Source of the DNA: Octopus bimaculoides
Lineage: Eukaryota
NCBI RefSeq assembly: GCF_001194135.2
Contig: NC_068984.1
Location: forward strand, 7,381,911-7,417,199
DNA: 35,289 bases
Direction: 5' to 3'
The position numbers and the translations under genes are program-made. Numbering within the stretch: the stretch's first letter is position 1; each line of letters opens with the position of its first letter. Of the stretch, positions 12,400 through 23,592 are shown in pieces. The notes under the pieces were generated by a model that was not told the origin of the DNA, did no database searches, and saw only the letters and a list, made by a program, of their open reading frames with translations.

Positions 12400-12881
12400 A
12401 TTGCTAGACATAGAAGCCGGTAAGCTATCGGCGTTATTGGCAGAAATGTTTGCGGGTGGTGAATATAAGAAAATTCTGTCTTACATCTAGGGAGACCGTT
12501 AGAGGAATGAAGGATAAGCAAATACTACGTTTTATGGTGCTTTATTCTTACTGGGTAATAAAATTTATATTTCTTGCGTATCTTTTCACTGATCTTGGTT
12601 CTGTTCTGATTTCAGCTGGGGATTTCAGACGCGTAAATATGCAGAGTTGTAGTGAATATATTAAATTTTCGTCGTCAATGGTACATCCAACTGAAGAGAA
12701 CCAATCGGATTCGCGCTCACGCATGTGGTCCGAAAAGTCTGATGACTTCATTCCTCTAACGGTCTCCGTAGAGTTAAGACAGAATTTTCCTATATTCCCC
12801 GCACGCATACATCTCTGCCAGTAAACATTCAATGAAGCTCTACATAGCACCGATAGATTACCGGCTGCTATTGCTAACAAT
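12400..12881. mobile_element. Fold-back/MITE-like element with ~110-135 bp imperfect inverted arms
   Basis: 12400-12512 is the reverse complement of 12746-12881 (e.g. GGAGACCGTTAGAGGAATGAAG / CTTCATTCCTCTAACGGTCTCC); 233-bp spacer; no TSD recognised. Confidence 0.8.
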
Positions 12882-13788
12882 GATCGTACTTCGTGTACAT
12901 CCTCTCTGTGTGCATATATATATNNNNNNNNNNNNNNNNNNNNNNNNNNNNNNNNNNNNNNNNNNNNNNNNNNNNNNNNNNNNNNNNNNNNNNNNNNNNN
13001 NNNNNNNNNNNNNNNNNNNNNNNNNNNNNNNNNNNNNNNNNNNNNNNNNNNNNNNNNNNNNNNNNNNNNNNNNNNNNNNNNNNNNNNNNNNNNNNNNNNN
13101 NNNNNNNNNNNNNNNNNNNNNNNNNNNNNNNNNNNNNNNNNNNNNNNNNNNNNNNNNNNNNNNNNNNNNNNNNNNNNNNNNNNNNNNNNNNNNNNNNNNN
13201 NNNNNNNNNNNNNNNNNNNNNNNNNNNNNNNNNNNNNNNNNNNNNNNNNNNNNNNNNNNNNNNNNNNNNNNNNNNNNNNNNNNNNNNNNNNNNNNNNNNN
13301 NNNNNNNNNNNNNNNNNNNNNNNNNNNNNNNNNNNNNNNNNNNNNNNNNNNNNNNNNNNNNNNNNNNNNNNNNNNNNNNNNNNNNNNNNNNNNNNNNNNN
13401 NNNNNNNNNNNNNNNNNNNNNNNNNNNNNNNNNNNNNNNNNNNNNNNNNNNNNNNNNNNNNNNNNNNNNNNNNNNNNNNNNNNNNNNNNNNNNNNNNNNN
13501 NNNNNNNNNNNNNNNNNNNNNNNNNNNNNNNNNNNNNNNNNNNNNNNNNNNNNNNNNNNNNNNNNNNNNNNNNNNNNNNNNNNNNNNNNNNNNNNNNNNN
13601 NNNNNNNNNNNNNNNNNNNNNNNNNNNNNNNNNNNNNNNNNNNNNNNNNNNNNNNNNNNNNNNNNNNNNNNNNNNNNNNNNNNNNNNNATATATATATAT
13701 ATATATATATAAACTTCTACGATGTGTGCATGCGTATGTGTGCGAATGATATTTTTAGTGAAAGGAAAAAGAATTCTGGATGACTTAC

Positions 13789-13850
13789 GTCTAAATACGG
13801 CAGACTTATTATCACAGGTGATGTGAGATTTTCGGTAATTTTTTCTTTTT
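13789..13850 (-). CDS. Candidate internal exon (62 bp, phase 1 to 0): KEKITENLTSPVIISLPYLD, GAIN-domain-like
   Basis: Acceptor ccctttaccttcacatag, donor GAC|gtaagt (full consensus); NL-x-x-PV-x-I motif typical of adhesion-GPCR GAIN strands. Confidence 0.5.
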
Positions 13851-14111
13851 CTATGTGAAGGTAAAGGGCCACAACTGGAGTGTTGATGTTATTTTCTTTC
13901 GTCCTTCAATGAAAGAGAAGATTATTTGATAATAACGAGTCATAAGAAATACACATTGCATAGTTTATCACTTACAGTAAATACTACACACACACACAAA
14001 CACACATACACACACTCATATACACACATATATAGATCTATTCAGCCATATACATAAATACATACACACATATACATGATATATATATATATATATATAT
14101 NNNNNNNNNNC

Positions 14112-14360
14112 CCGAAGGACCTGAGAGACCTGCATGCGGTGGATGTAGGTGTCTTTAAGATGAGGCTGGACCTCTTCTTGTCAAGTGTCCCAGATAAACC
14201 GACTTCACGGCACGAGGTGCAGATGAGAGCAGCTGCACCAAATGTCAATTCCTGAAGTAAAATTCGTGAAGTAAAATTGTGTAGCAACACCAAACGGCTG
14301 TGCCCCAGCATGGCCACAGCTCATGAGCTGAAACTAGATAGAATGAAAATGAAAATGAAT
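14112..14360 (+). mobile_element. CR1/L2-group LINE 3' end (ORF2 C-terminus, 3' UTR and short repeat tail)
   Basis: PKDLRDLHAVDVGVFKMRLDLFLSSVPDKP..RAAAPN* (14112-14255), hairpin CAGCTCATGAGCTG, (ATGAAA) tail. Confidence 0.75.
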
Positions 14361-16180
14361 ATACATANNNNNNNNNNNNNNNNNNNNNNNNNNNNNNNNN
14401 NNNNNNNNNNNNNNNNNNNNNNNNNNNNNNNNNNNNNNNNNNNNNNNNNNNNNNNNNNNNNNNNNNNNNNNNNNNNNNNNNNNNNNNNNNNNNNNNNNNN
14501 NNNNNNNNNNNNNNNNNNNNNNNNNNNNNNNNNNNNNNNNNNNNNNNNNNNNNNNNNNNNNNNNNNNNNNNNNNNNNNNNNNNNNNNNNNNNNNNNNNNN
14601 NNNNNNNNNNNNNNNNNNNNNNNNNNNNNNNNNNNNNNNNNNNNNNNNNNNNNNNNNNNNNNNNNNNNNNNNNNNNNNNNNNNNNNNNNNNNNNNNNNNN
14701 NNNNNNNNNNNNNNNNNNNNNNNNNNNNNNNNNNNNNNNNNNNNNNNNNNNNNNNNNNNNNNNNNNNNNNNNNNNNNNNNNNNNNNNNNNNNNNNNNNNN
14801 NNNNNNNNNNNNNNNNNNNNNNNNNNNNNNNNNNNNNNNNNNNNNNNNNNNNNNNNNNNNNNNNNNNNNNNNNNNNNNNNNNNNNNNNNNNNNNNNNNNN
14901 NNNNNNNNNNNNNNNNNNNNNNNNNNNNNNNNNNNNNNNNNNNNNNNNNNNNNNNNNNNNNNNNNNNNNNNNNNNNNNNNNNNNNNNNNNNNNNNNNNNN
15001 NNNNNNNNNNNNNNNNNNNNNNNNNNNNNNNNNNNNNNNNNNNNNNNNNNNNNNNNNNNNNNNNNNNNNNNNNNNNNNNNNNNNNNNNNNNNNNNNNNNN
15101 NNNNNNNNNNNNNNNNNNNNNNNNNNNNNNNNNNNNNNNNNNNNNNNNNNNNNNNNNNNNNNNNNNNNNNNNNNNNNNNNNNNNNNNNNNNNNNNNNNNN
15201 NNNNNNNNNNNNNNNNNNNNNNNNNNNNNNNNNNNNNNNNNNNNNNNNNNNNNNNNNNNNNNNNNNNNNNNNNNNNNNNNNNNNNNNNNNNNNNNNNNNN
15301 NNNNNNNNNNNNNNNNNNNNNNNTATATATATATCGGTATAGAAGAAGGTTTTTGATTATTTATTTATAAGATGACATTAGTTATTAAAAAAAAACTATG
15401 AAAGAAAGACATTAACAAATAGATATTTGAATTTAAGTTCTTTTCAAATATAGTTGGCGAAGAATAGAAAGTTACAAAATAAAATGAAACATGTAGACTC
15501 TTGAATGGAAATATTTATTCTTTAGCCGACAATGTTCATCGATTTCATAATGTTCTGATCACTGTTGACATAAATTAAACTTATATTTTATGATGCAATT
15601 AAATAACCATACGGCACGTTGGACATTGGTTTGACAAACACAATCAGAACTATTTCAGTTTTAATACGTTCTGGTCTGCTGGAATATATTAAGAAAGAAT
15701 ACGTACTTCACTTATGTGACTCGTGATAATAGATAATCAGAACTTCTTTGGCAAGAAACTAACTAATTTCAATGTATCCGAAGCGTCAAGCCTGCAATGT
15801 ATATTTTTGTAAACAATACATAGACACTTTGCACGACTAAATTTCGATTTTACAAACCGGAATTTTTCGCTTTCACTCTGCGAAACGACGAGCGAGATTA
15901 AGCGTTGATGACAGAAACATCATATCTAGAGACGTGAAAATATGATTCAGTTAATCTTGTCCTGGTGTTTCAGCAGCATTCAGAGACAAAGTACTGTAGC
16001 AATCTCAACCTACACGTGTTTACACGTCCCCACCAAAAGTGTACTGACACACACACACACACACACACACACGTTGCTACATATATTTATATACACGTAT
16101 ATATATGTGTGTGTATTTATATGCATATATATATATGTGTGTGTGTGTGTGTATGTGTGCGTGTGTGTGTGTGTGTGTGT

Positions 16181-16370
16181 GTTTATTCCCCCCTTCATCG
16201 CTTGATAACCGATGCTAGTGTGTTTAAGTCCCCGAAACTTAGCGGTTCGGCAAAAGAGACCGATAGAATAAGTACTAGGCTTACAAAGAATAAAGCCTGG
16301 GGTCGATTTGCTCGACTAAAGGCGGTGCTTCAGCATGGCCACAGTCAAATGACTGAAACAAGTAAAAGAG
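16181..16370 (+). mobile_element. SINE C 3' half following (TG)n
   Basis: ATCGCTTGATAACCGATGCT..CAGCATGGCCACAGTCAAATGACTGAAACAAGTAAAAGAG. Confidence 0.9.
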
Positions 16371-16616
16371 TATATGTATATATATATATATNNNNNNNNN
16401 NNNNNNNNNNNNNNNNNNNNNNNNNNNNNNNNNNNNNNNNNNNNNNNNNNNNNNNNNNNNNNNNNNNNNNNNNNNNNNNNNNNNNNNNNNNNNNNNNNNN
16501 NNNNNNNNNNNNNNNNNNNNTATGTAGTTGAAATGTACCGAAAACTAAAAGGCGAAAACGGGTGTTTGAACAGAAAGCAAGTGCATTAGTTTGACGCTCG
16601 AGACAAAGGAAGATGT

Positions 16617-16652
16617 CTTTTACGTTTCGAGCCTACGCTCTTCTACAGAAAG
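16617..16652 (-). ncRNA. Minimal type I hammerhead-like motif, core variant CUGUAGA
   Basis: Minus strand reads CUUU-CUGUAGA-A-GAGC(GUAG)GCUC-GAAA-CG-UA-AAAG: stem I CUUU/AAAG, stem II GAGC/GCUC, palindromic ACGU stem III. Confidence 0.45.
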
Positions 16653-16707
16653 GAATAAGAAGAAACAAACAGAGAGAATAAGAAAAAAGCCTGTAGAGTT
16701 GAGCGAT

Positions 16708-16710
16708 ATT

Positions 16711-16772
<62 letters not shown>
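16708..16772. repeat. (GATA)n microsatellite
   Basis: Tetranucleotide run. Confidence 0.97.
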
Positions 16773-16774
<2 letters not shown>

Positions 16775-16904
16775 TTTCCTCATATATCTGCTCTAATGAG
16801 ATATAAATATAGAAAGACAATCTCTACATATCCTGGAAAAAAGTCAATACACATATTAAATATTAAACAATCATAGCAGACAGACAGAACTATAAGAACA
16901 CAAT

Positions 16905-17090
16905 TCAAAGTGCTTCACCGCAGTTCGTCCACTTCCATGTTATGAGTTCAAATTTCGCCGGGGTTGACTATGCCTTTAATATTTTGGGGTCGTTAAAATT
17001 AGAATAAATACCAGTTGAAGACTTGGGGACGATGTAGTCAACTTAACTCTCCGCTCGAAATTGTTGGCCATGTAACAAAATCAATATTAC
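16905..17090 (+). mobile_element. SINE B, old diverged copy
   Basis: TGAGTTCAAATTTCGCCGGGGTTGACTATGCCTTT..AAATACCAGTTG. Confidence 0.7.
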
Positions 17091-17460
17091 CCACAAGGCA
17101 CGAAGAAGAAATAAAATGGGGGGAGGAGACATAAAAATTACTGCCGGAAGGAACAAATAAAGTAATAATAAATTATAAATGATAGTTAATGACAGGAAAC
17201 AAACCTGATTCTGATTGATATAAAATAAACGTTTATGTTGGGAAATAAACGAACAAAGATGTTTGTCTCCGGTTTTAAATAATAAATAAACTGATACTTT
17301 GATGACGAATCACCAGATTTTTATTTGCGATCAGTGGATGCATATATTCAAGCGAATATACGTATATACATATCATATATATGTATATGTGGGTGTTTGT
17401 GTGTGTGTGTATGTATATACGATGTATATATATATACTATTTATATATATATATATGTTA

Positions 17461-17491
<31 letters not shown>

Positions 17492-17580
17492 CATATATNN
17501 NNNNNNNNNNNNNNNNNNNNNNNNNNNNNNNNNNNNNNNNNNNNNNNNNNNNNNNNNNNNNNNNNNNNNNNNNNNNNNNN

Positions 17581-17610
<30 letters not shown>

Positions 17611-17616
<6 letters not shown>

Positions 17617-17910
17617 TAGATATATACATACACATTCACATACATATTCATACACACAGATGCTCATTTACGTATGTATATATCTATGTATAAACAATGT
17701 CGATCTGTCTTTCTACCTACACACGCACGCATACAAACACAGACACACACGCACATATATATTAATAGATACACACATACACATTCACACATACACATAC
17801 ATATTCATACTCATACATGCTCATTTACATACGTGTATATCTATATATAAACAATGTTGATCTGTCTGTTTATCTACACACACACGCTTACAAACACATA
17901 CGCACGCACA
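17611..17910. repeat. Tandem duplication of a ~150 bp low-complexity unit
   Basis: ATTAATAGATA..ATGCTCATTTAC..TATAAACAATGT.GATCTGTCT occurs twice (about 17611 and 17761). Confidence 0.85.
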
Positions 17911-18030
17911 CACACACACACAGACACACACACACACACNNNNNNNNNNNNNNNNNNNNNNNNNNNNNNNNNNNNNNNATATATATATGTATGTATATAT
18001 ATGTATATATATGTAGACTGCCTCTCACAC

Positions 18031-18202
18031 ACCTTTCAGACTGCCCCGACTCACTCTCAAACATTCCGCTTACGCACACAGGTTTTTGTTGGCTCTAGGC
18101 TATAGTAGAAGACACTTGCCTAATGCGCCACGCAGTGGGACTGAACCGGGAACCATGTGGTTGGGAAGTAAGCTTCTTACCTCACAGCCACGTTTGCGCC
18201 TG
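18031..18202 (-). mobile_element. SINE C 5' half
   Basis: GGCTATAGTAGAAGACACTTGCC..CGCAGTGGGACTGAACC..CTTCTTACC. Confidence 0.88.
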
Positions 18203-18819
18203 TTTCTGCTATAATATGTGATGGATGGTCATGGATAGAACGCCTTTGATCATAAATTTACTCGATCAAGCATGTGCCAACATCAGCAACAGAATCAGAC
18301 AATTGTAATATTCTCAATAGTTATTACCCGTACGTATATACCATAACAAACATCGTCATGGGATAATAAATAACAGATACGATAAATAATAAAATGATAA
18401 TAAACAATGCATTAAAAGTTGTTCTGTTGAAGGTGATATTGTGTGGAAAATTAAACAAAGTGAAGAAGTTGGAATGCATTACAAAAATAACAAATGAGGC
18501 TTTCATATCAAGCAACAGTAGAGAGAGACAAGAAAAGCTGTATGAATAAAGAAAATTATTGCCGGGGAGATTAAAACCATAAACTGAAGAAATTATCTGT
18601 TGCCAGAAGAAATGGAAGATTTAGAAAATCACCAAAAGAAATGTGAAATGAAATTTAAAAAAGAATACTGAAAAATATAAAAAATATATAGAAAAATTAA
18701 GACGAAACACTCTGGTCTCTAAAAGCAGAAGTATGTGACACGAAAATCCGTATTAGTGCAGAAATTATTGCCGGAGTCTTTACAACGATGAAAAATTGTA
18801 ATAGTGATAATAATAATAA

Positions 18820-18850
<31 letters not shown>

Positions 18851-19435
18851 AAAAATAATAATAATAATAATAATAAAAAATCAAAAATGAAAAAAATCGA
18901 TTACACTTGAATCAATCATCTATGAAATGATATCTACTTATGTATTTATCTGTTTATTTCAGAATTTTTATATTCATCTCTTTGTTCACTTGGTAAGGCT
19001 CATCGAACAAACGGATTATTTGCAAGAATTCCGTTCTGTAATTTTTCTCAATTGTAACGACATACAATGGCGAAGATTGAGAATTCCACAACTTAGTAGT
19101 TATGAAACGCACAAACACATAGACATGCACACACACACGCACACAGACACACACACTTACACACGTACATGCTCACACATATACACGCACACGCACACAC
19201 ACACACACACGTACACACACGCATACACACGCACGCACCCACACATGAACAATCACACACACACACAGACGCATGTACGTTTCTGCCGTAAACAGTCCTC
19301 TCTTTTCCGATCTATCTTTTTTCTCCTTTCTTCCTCCCCCCCCTCTCTCTCTCTCTCTCTTCATATATATCTACTTACATATACACATACAAATGTATGT
19401 ATGTATGTATGTATGTATGTGTATATACATACATG

Positions 19436-19477
<42 letters not shown>

Positions 19478-19739
19478 CATATATATATATACATATATAT
19501 ATATATGCATATATAGACATACATATGTACATACATACGTATATATGTATATAGCTATGCATATATCAGTACAGGACGTAACAAAAACGTAAACAAGCAT
19601 GAAATACGAAAATAACGTTGGGTACGCAAAAAACGAGAGAAGCGAATGGAAAACAAAATAAATAACATAAAAAATGATCCTTTATCAATTGTTGGCTGTC
19701 CTTCTACTCCTTATGTCGAGCATGGGATTTATGGTGTGG

Positions 19740-21020
19740 GCTCACCCAGAAGGAATACGATAAAATGACTAACTTCAATAGTAAATCCAGTCAATTGTAC
19801 GATATTCCTAAGATATATAAAAGTGAGAAAATAAGGATCGCCTGCAGGGGAGCCACAGACATAATAGTCAAGGTACCTACTCCTAATGACCTGAAATTAA
19901 GACCCATAATAGCAGGCCCCGCATGCGAAACTCATTATCTCAGTAACGTTTTAGACATCCTCTTAAAACCATTCCCCAAACATATCAAGAGCTACATATA
20001 GGACGACCGAGATGTGCTCAATCACCCTACTAATATCCTTCGATGTAGTCAATCTCTTTTGTAATATCCCCCACAGCCTAAGAATACATCAATCTAATTC
20101 TGGCCAGAGAATTACTTCAATAACCTTTCACATCGCATCAACAAAGAATTTGTAATTGAAAGCCTAAAATTCATCTTGGAGAATAGCTTCTTCGTATTTA
20201 ATGACAGCTTCTATCGACAAAAATCGGGGACTGCGATGGGCACGTGAATGGCCCCCTCCTTTGCTAACGTAGTCATGGGGTACCTAAAAATCAATCTTTA
20301 TCGCAAGGTACCAGAAAAATACGGAAACCTACTCTCCCTGTACATAGAAAATAACTGGAAAAGATATCTACATGACTGTTTCATTCTTTAGCAGAGAGAC
20401 TTAAAGAATTTCAAGCACTTCTGAATAGATTTGACATAAACATTCAATTTACGATGGTATACAGCCACCAACAACTTCCATTCCTCGACATCCTCATTAA
20501 GAAATCCAACAACAAAATAGAAACAGACATATACTATATATTCACGGACTCTAAGCAATATCTACCATTCAACTCTTGCCAACCCAGACACACTAGAATG
20601 GATATCCCTTACAACTTGGCAAAAAGTATTTGTACTATAGTATCTGATACAAGCACCAGGGGCACACGACTACATGAGCTAAAGGATACACACATCAGCA
20701 GAAACTACCCACCACCACTAACTGATATAGGCTTTCAACGTGCCCTACAACTCAACATCCACGAACTCAGACACCCCAGACTGAAGAAGGGTTTACAACT
20801 GAAAGCCCCACCAAACATATTCACGCACAACCCTCTAAACAATGAGGCCTTCGACACCATCCTCCAGCAATTCCTTTACTAAAAGGCGACCATAGAATGG
20901 ATCAAATCCTCCAAACGCACACCGTCATAAAGAGCACAAGACGACCCAAGCCAATGAAAAGTCTTCTAACACAGGCCCAAATACACTCGCTAACAACATC
21001 GAAATCGAAAAGGAGCTATA
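19740..21020 (+). mobile_element. Penelope-like element RT/thumb fragment (Neptune-like), pseudogenised
   Basis: LRPIIAGPAC, DVVNLF.NIP, FILEN..F.FND.FYRQKSGTAMGT.MAPSFAN, RYLHD (for RYLDD), LPFLDILI, TDIYY..TDSKQYL.FNSC.P, IPYNLA; multiple stops and frameshifts. Confidence 0.92.
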
Positions 21021-21022
21021 TG

Positions 21023-21067
21023 CCGATCTGTTAGACTCCGATCTGTTAGACTCCGATCTGTTAGACT
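21023..21067. repeat. Perfect 3x15-bp tandem repeat CCGATCTGTTAGACT
   Basis: Three exact copies directly at the left end of the long inverted-repeat element. Confidence 0.97.
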
Positions 21068-23072
21068 CCTTGATAGACTCAGATATGTGCGTTTCAGAAA
21101 CCAATGTATTTAAAAAACCGTTACCGAAGTATATGTAAGTGCAAAACTTGTTTAATGCATTTTTGCGCATGCGTGTGTAATGTGTTGAAAAAAGCAAAAC
21201 AAAATATGCGTTAGTTAGCTTAAACAGTATTTCGATACGATTAATTTAAGCAAGAAGCTAAAAAAAAAACATTTTTCCTAAATTATACTATAAATATGAT
21301 AGATCGAAATGTCTATTTAATAACTCAAGAAATTCAATTATAAGTCACCCAGTTGCAATCTAGAAATTATAGTTAAATAATAAATTATTATTATTATAGT
21401 TTTTTTTTATTTTAAAGCCATAGTTACGTATATATAATATATACATTATATATTTGTGCGCGTGTGTGTGTCAATGTGTTGAAAGCTACGAGACGATGAC
21501 GAATCGATACTGCTTACTAATTACTATAGCTGCATACTACGTCATCAGTATTTGTGCACAATATATTTGTTTACATAATAGTGTGAACAAATGCAGACGA
21601 GCTTAATTGAGAAAAGCTCTAACGTTAACAAACCAAAATTAATAAAATCAATAAAAATTAAAACCATTATTGAATTAATACGTAGTAACTTTAACTTAAA
21701 ATTAGCAATTAATGTTTTTATATATATTAACCTTTATATAATACAGTTGTAAATAAAACCTTATGTTCATATTTACCATTTTTTTATATTTGAAGATTAA
21801 TATGACATCTACTAAAGATTACTTAATCTTTATAGTTGTAATTACTAGTATATTAATCCTGAAATACCTACTAAATTTATAGTCTTGGTAACTTTTACAT
21901 TGTATTTAATGACAGTATTTGAAAACATGTTTATATGCGTGAACACAAGATATCCCACCCTCCTTCTTTGTGCTAAGGTGTCTACATTTGGATTTTAAGA
22001 TTTGGTATAATCCTTCTATAGAAAGAAAGCAAAAGGCATTGCCAATCTTATAGGCACCAGCCCTGCTTATTAACACACACTCCACACTAAACATTTTTCT
22101 CTAGTCACAAATAAATTTAGTAAAACTGATACAAGACAACTTATTTTATCATTAAATGTATAATTGTGATTGGCGATGCATTTTTTTATATAGTTTTGCG
22201 TAGTACCGATGTAAAAGAAATTATTACGTTCGGAATTCATTTTACATCTATACACTGCGTCTTTTCTTTTTTTTTTCATTTTGTTTACAATAATTATTAA
22301 GCAGTTATTTCTATCTTTGCAATCACAATATATATTTTCATCTCTCTTCATATTACTGTTGAGATTTATATGATTAGATTTAGTATGATTATTATTTACT
22401 GCGTTATTTCTATTCTTCAGGTTAAGATGAGATTTAAAGTGGGTTGTTTCCCCTTGTACATTAGCAGAATTATTTGAATTACTTATTCACACTATTATGT
22501 AAACAAATATATTGTGGAAAAATATTGATGACGTAATATTCAGCTATGGTAATTAGCAAGCAGTGTTGATTCGTCATCGTTTAGTAGCTTTCAATACATT
22601 AAAACACACACACGCACAAATATATTGTGTAAATATTACATATATGTAACTATGGCTATAAAATCAATAATAATAATGATGATGATGATGATGATGATGA
22701 TGATAATAATAATAAGAAGAAGAAGAACAACAACAACAACAATAATATTTTATTATTTAACTATAATTTCTACATTGCAACTGAGTGACTTATAATTACA
22801 TTTCTTAAGTGATTAAGACTTTAATGACATTTTGATTTATCATATGTAATAGTGTAATTAAGGAATAATGCTTTTTTTCTTTAGCTTCTAGTTTAAAGTA
22901 ATCGTATCGAAATACTGTTTAAGCTAACTAACGGATATTTTATTTTTGTTTTTCAACACATTACACACGCACGCGCACAAATACATTAAACAAGTTTGCA
23001 CTTACGTATACACGTGTAACGGTTTTTAAATACACTGGCTGCTGAAACGCGCATATCTGAGTCTATCAAGGG
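21068..23072. mobile_element. 2-kb element with 520/586-bp inverted arms enclosing a GIY-YIG remnant
   Basis: 21068-21587 is the reverse complement of 22486-23071 (termini CCTTGATAGACTCAGATATG / CATATCTGAGTCTATCAAGG), with scattered substitutions and a microsatellite expansion in the right arm. Confidence 0.9.
21906..22360 (-). pseudogene. Penelope-type GIY-YIG endonuclease domain, decayed
   Basis: CDCKDRNNC..AVYRC..FYIGTT...KK.IANHNYTF, then RAGAYKIG.AFC.L..E..YQIL..K.E..ISC.H..KH across two frames. Confidence 0.75.
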
Positions 23073-23207
23073 TAAAACAAAAGCCAAGGCAGAACGAGTA
23101 TCTCAAACCATTTAGAATATTTAATTAGGCTAAGGTGAATTTGAAGTCTTACAGCTGTTTCTGGGGCATCCCAAGTGATAGGCGAGCCGGTTCGTGCACT
23201 GGGTATT

Positions 23208-23246
<39 letters not shown>

Positions 23247-23259
23247 GTGTGTGCGTTTA

Positions 23260-23560
23260 TGATCATATAGCAGAAGTAACAAAATAACTCGAGTGCCGTG
23301 AGTTTCGTGCACAGCCATACTTATTGCCGTGTACAAAAACTCTGCCTTTGGATTATTCTGAAACATCTGCCTATTAAATTCATTCTTAACGAACTCCAGT
23401 TGTTGTCCTGAAGAAATCCCCGATGCTACATCCAAGAGAATTACACGATTTGTTATTCCGTGCAACATTGCAGTTACATGGATGAGCTTGGCATAAAAAC
23501 TCGAAATTTTCATCGCCTTCCGCAGATGTGCATAGTATACAGGTTCAAAATGCTTTTTTA
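23260..23560 (-). pseudogene. Possible hAT-superfamily (DUF659-like) transposase fragment
   Basis: KAMKISSFYAKLIHVTAMLHGITNRV resembles the KA..FYPK.IHVTC.AHG.HRV motif; open for ~100 codons, but the Cys is replaced. Confidence 0.35.
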
Positions 23561-23592
23561 AAGTTAACGAAGCATTGGTGCTAACGAAATCT

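Noticed and set aside
12548-12880. ORF with DWFSSVGC resembling a GPS motif
   Set aside because: Spans the inverted arms of a fold-back element; lacks C-x-C-x-H-L-T; no clean in-phase splice sites.
11190-15356. Long track ORFs (247-359 aa) at 11190, 11454, 12832, 12893 and 14277
   Set aside because: They consist of N gaps and (TA)/(CA) repeats.
18324-18620. Hydrophobic minus-strand ORF resembling GPCR TM5 (..IYYPMTMFVMVYTYG)
   Set aside because: T-rich strands give hydrophobic translations by composition; ends in tandem stops; no other TM motifs.
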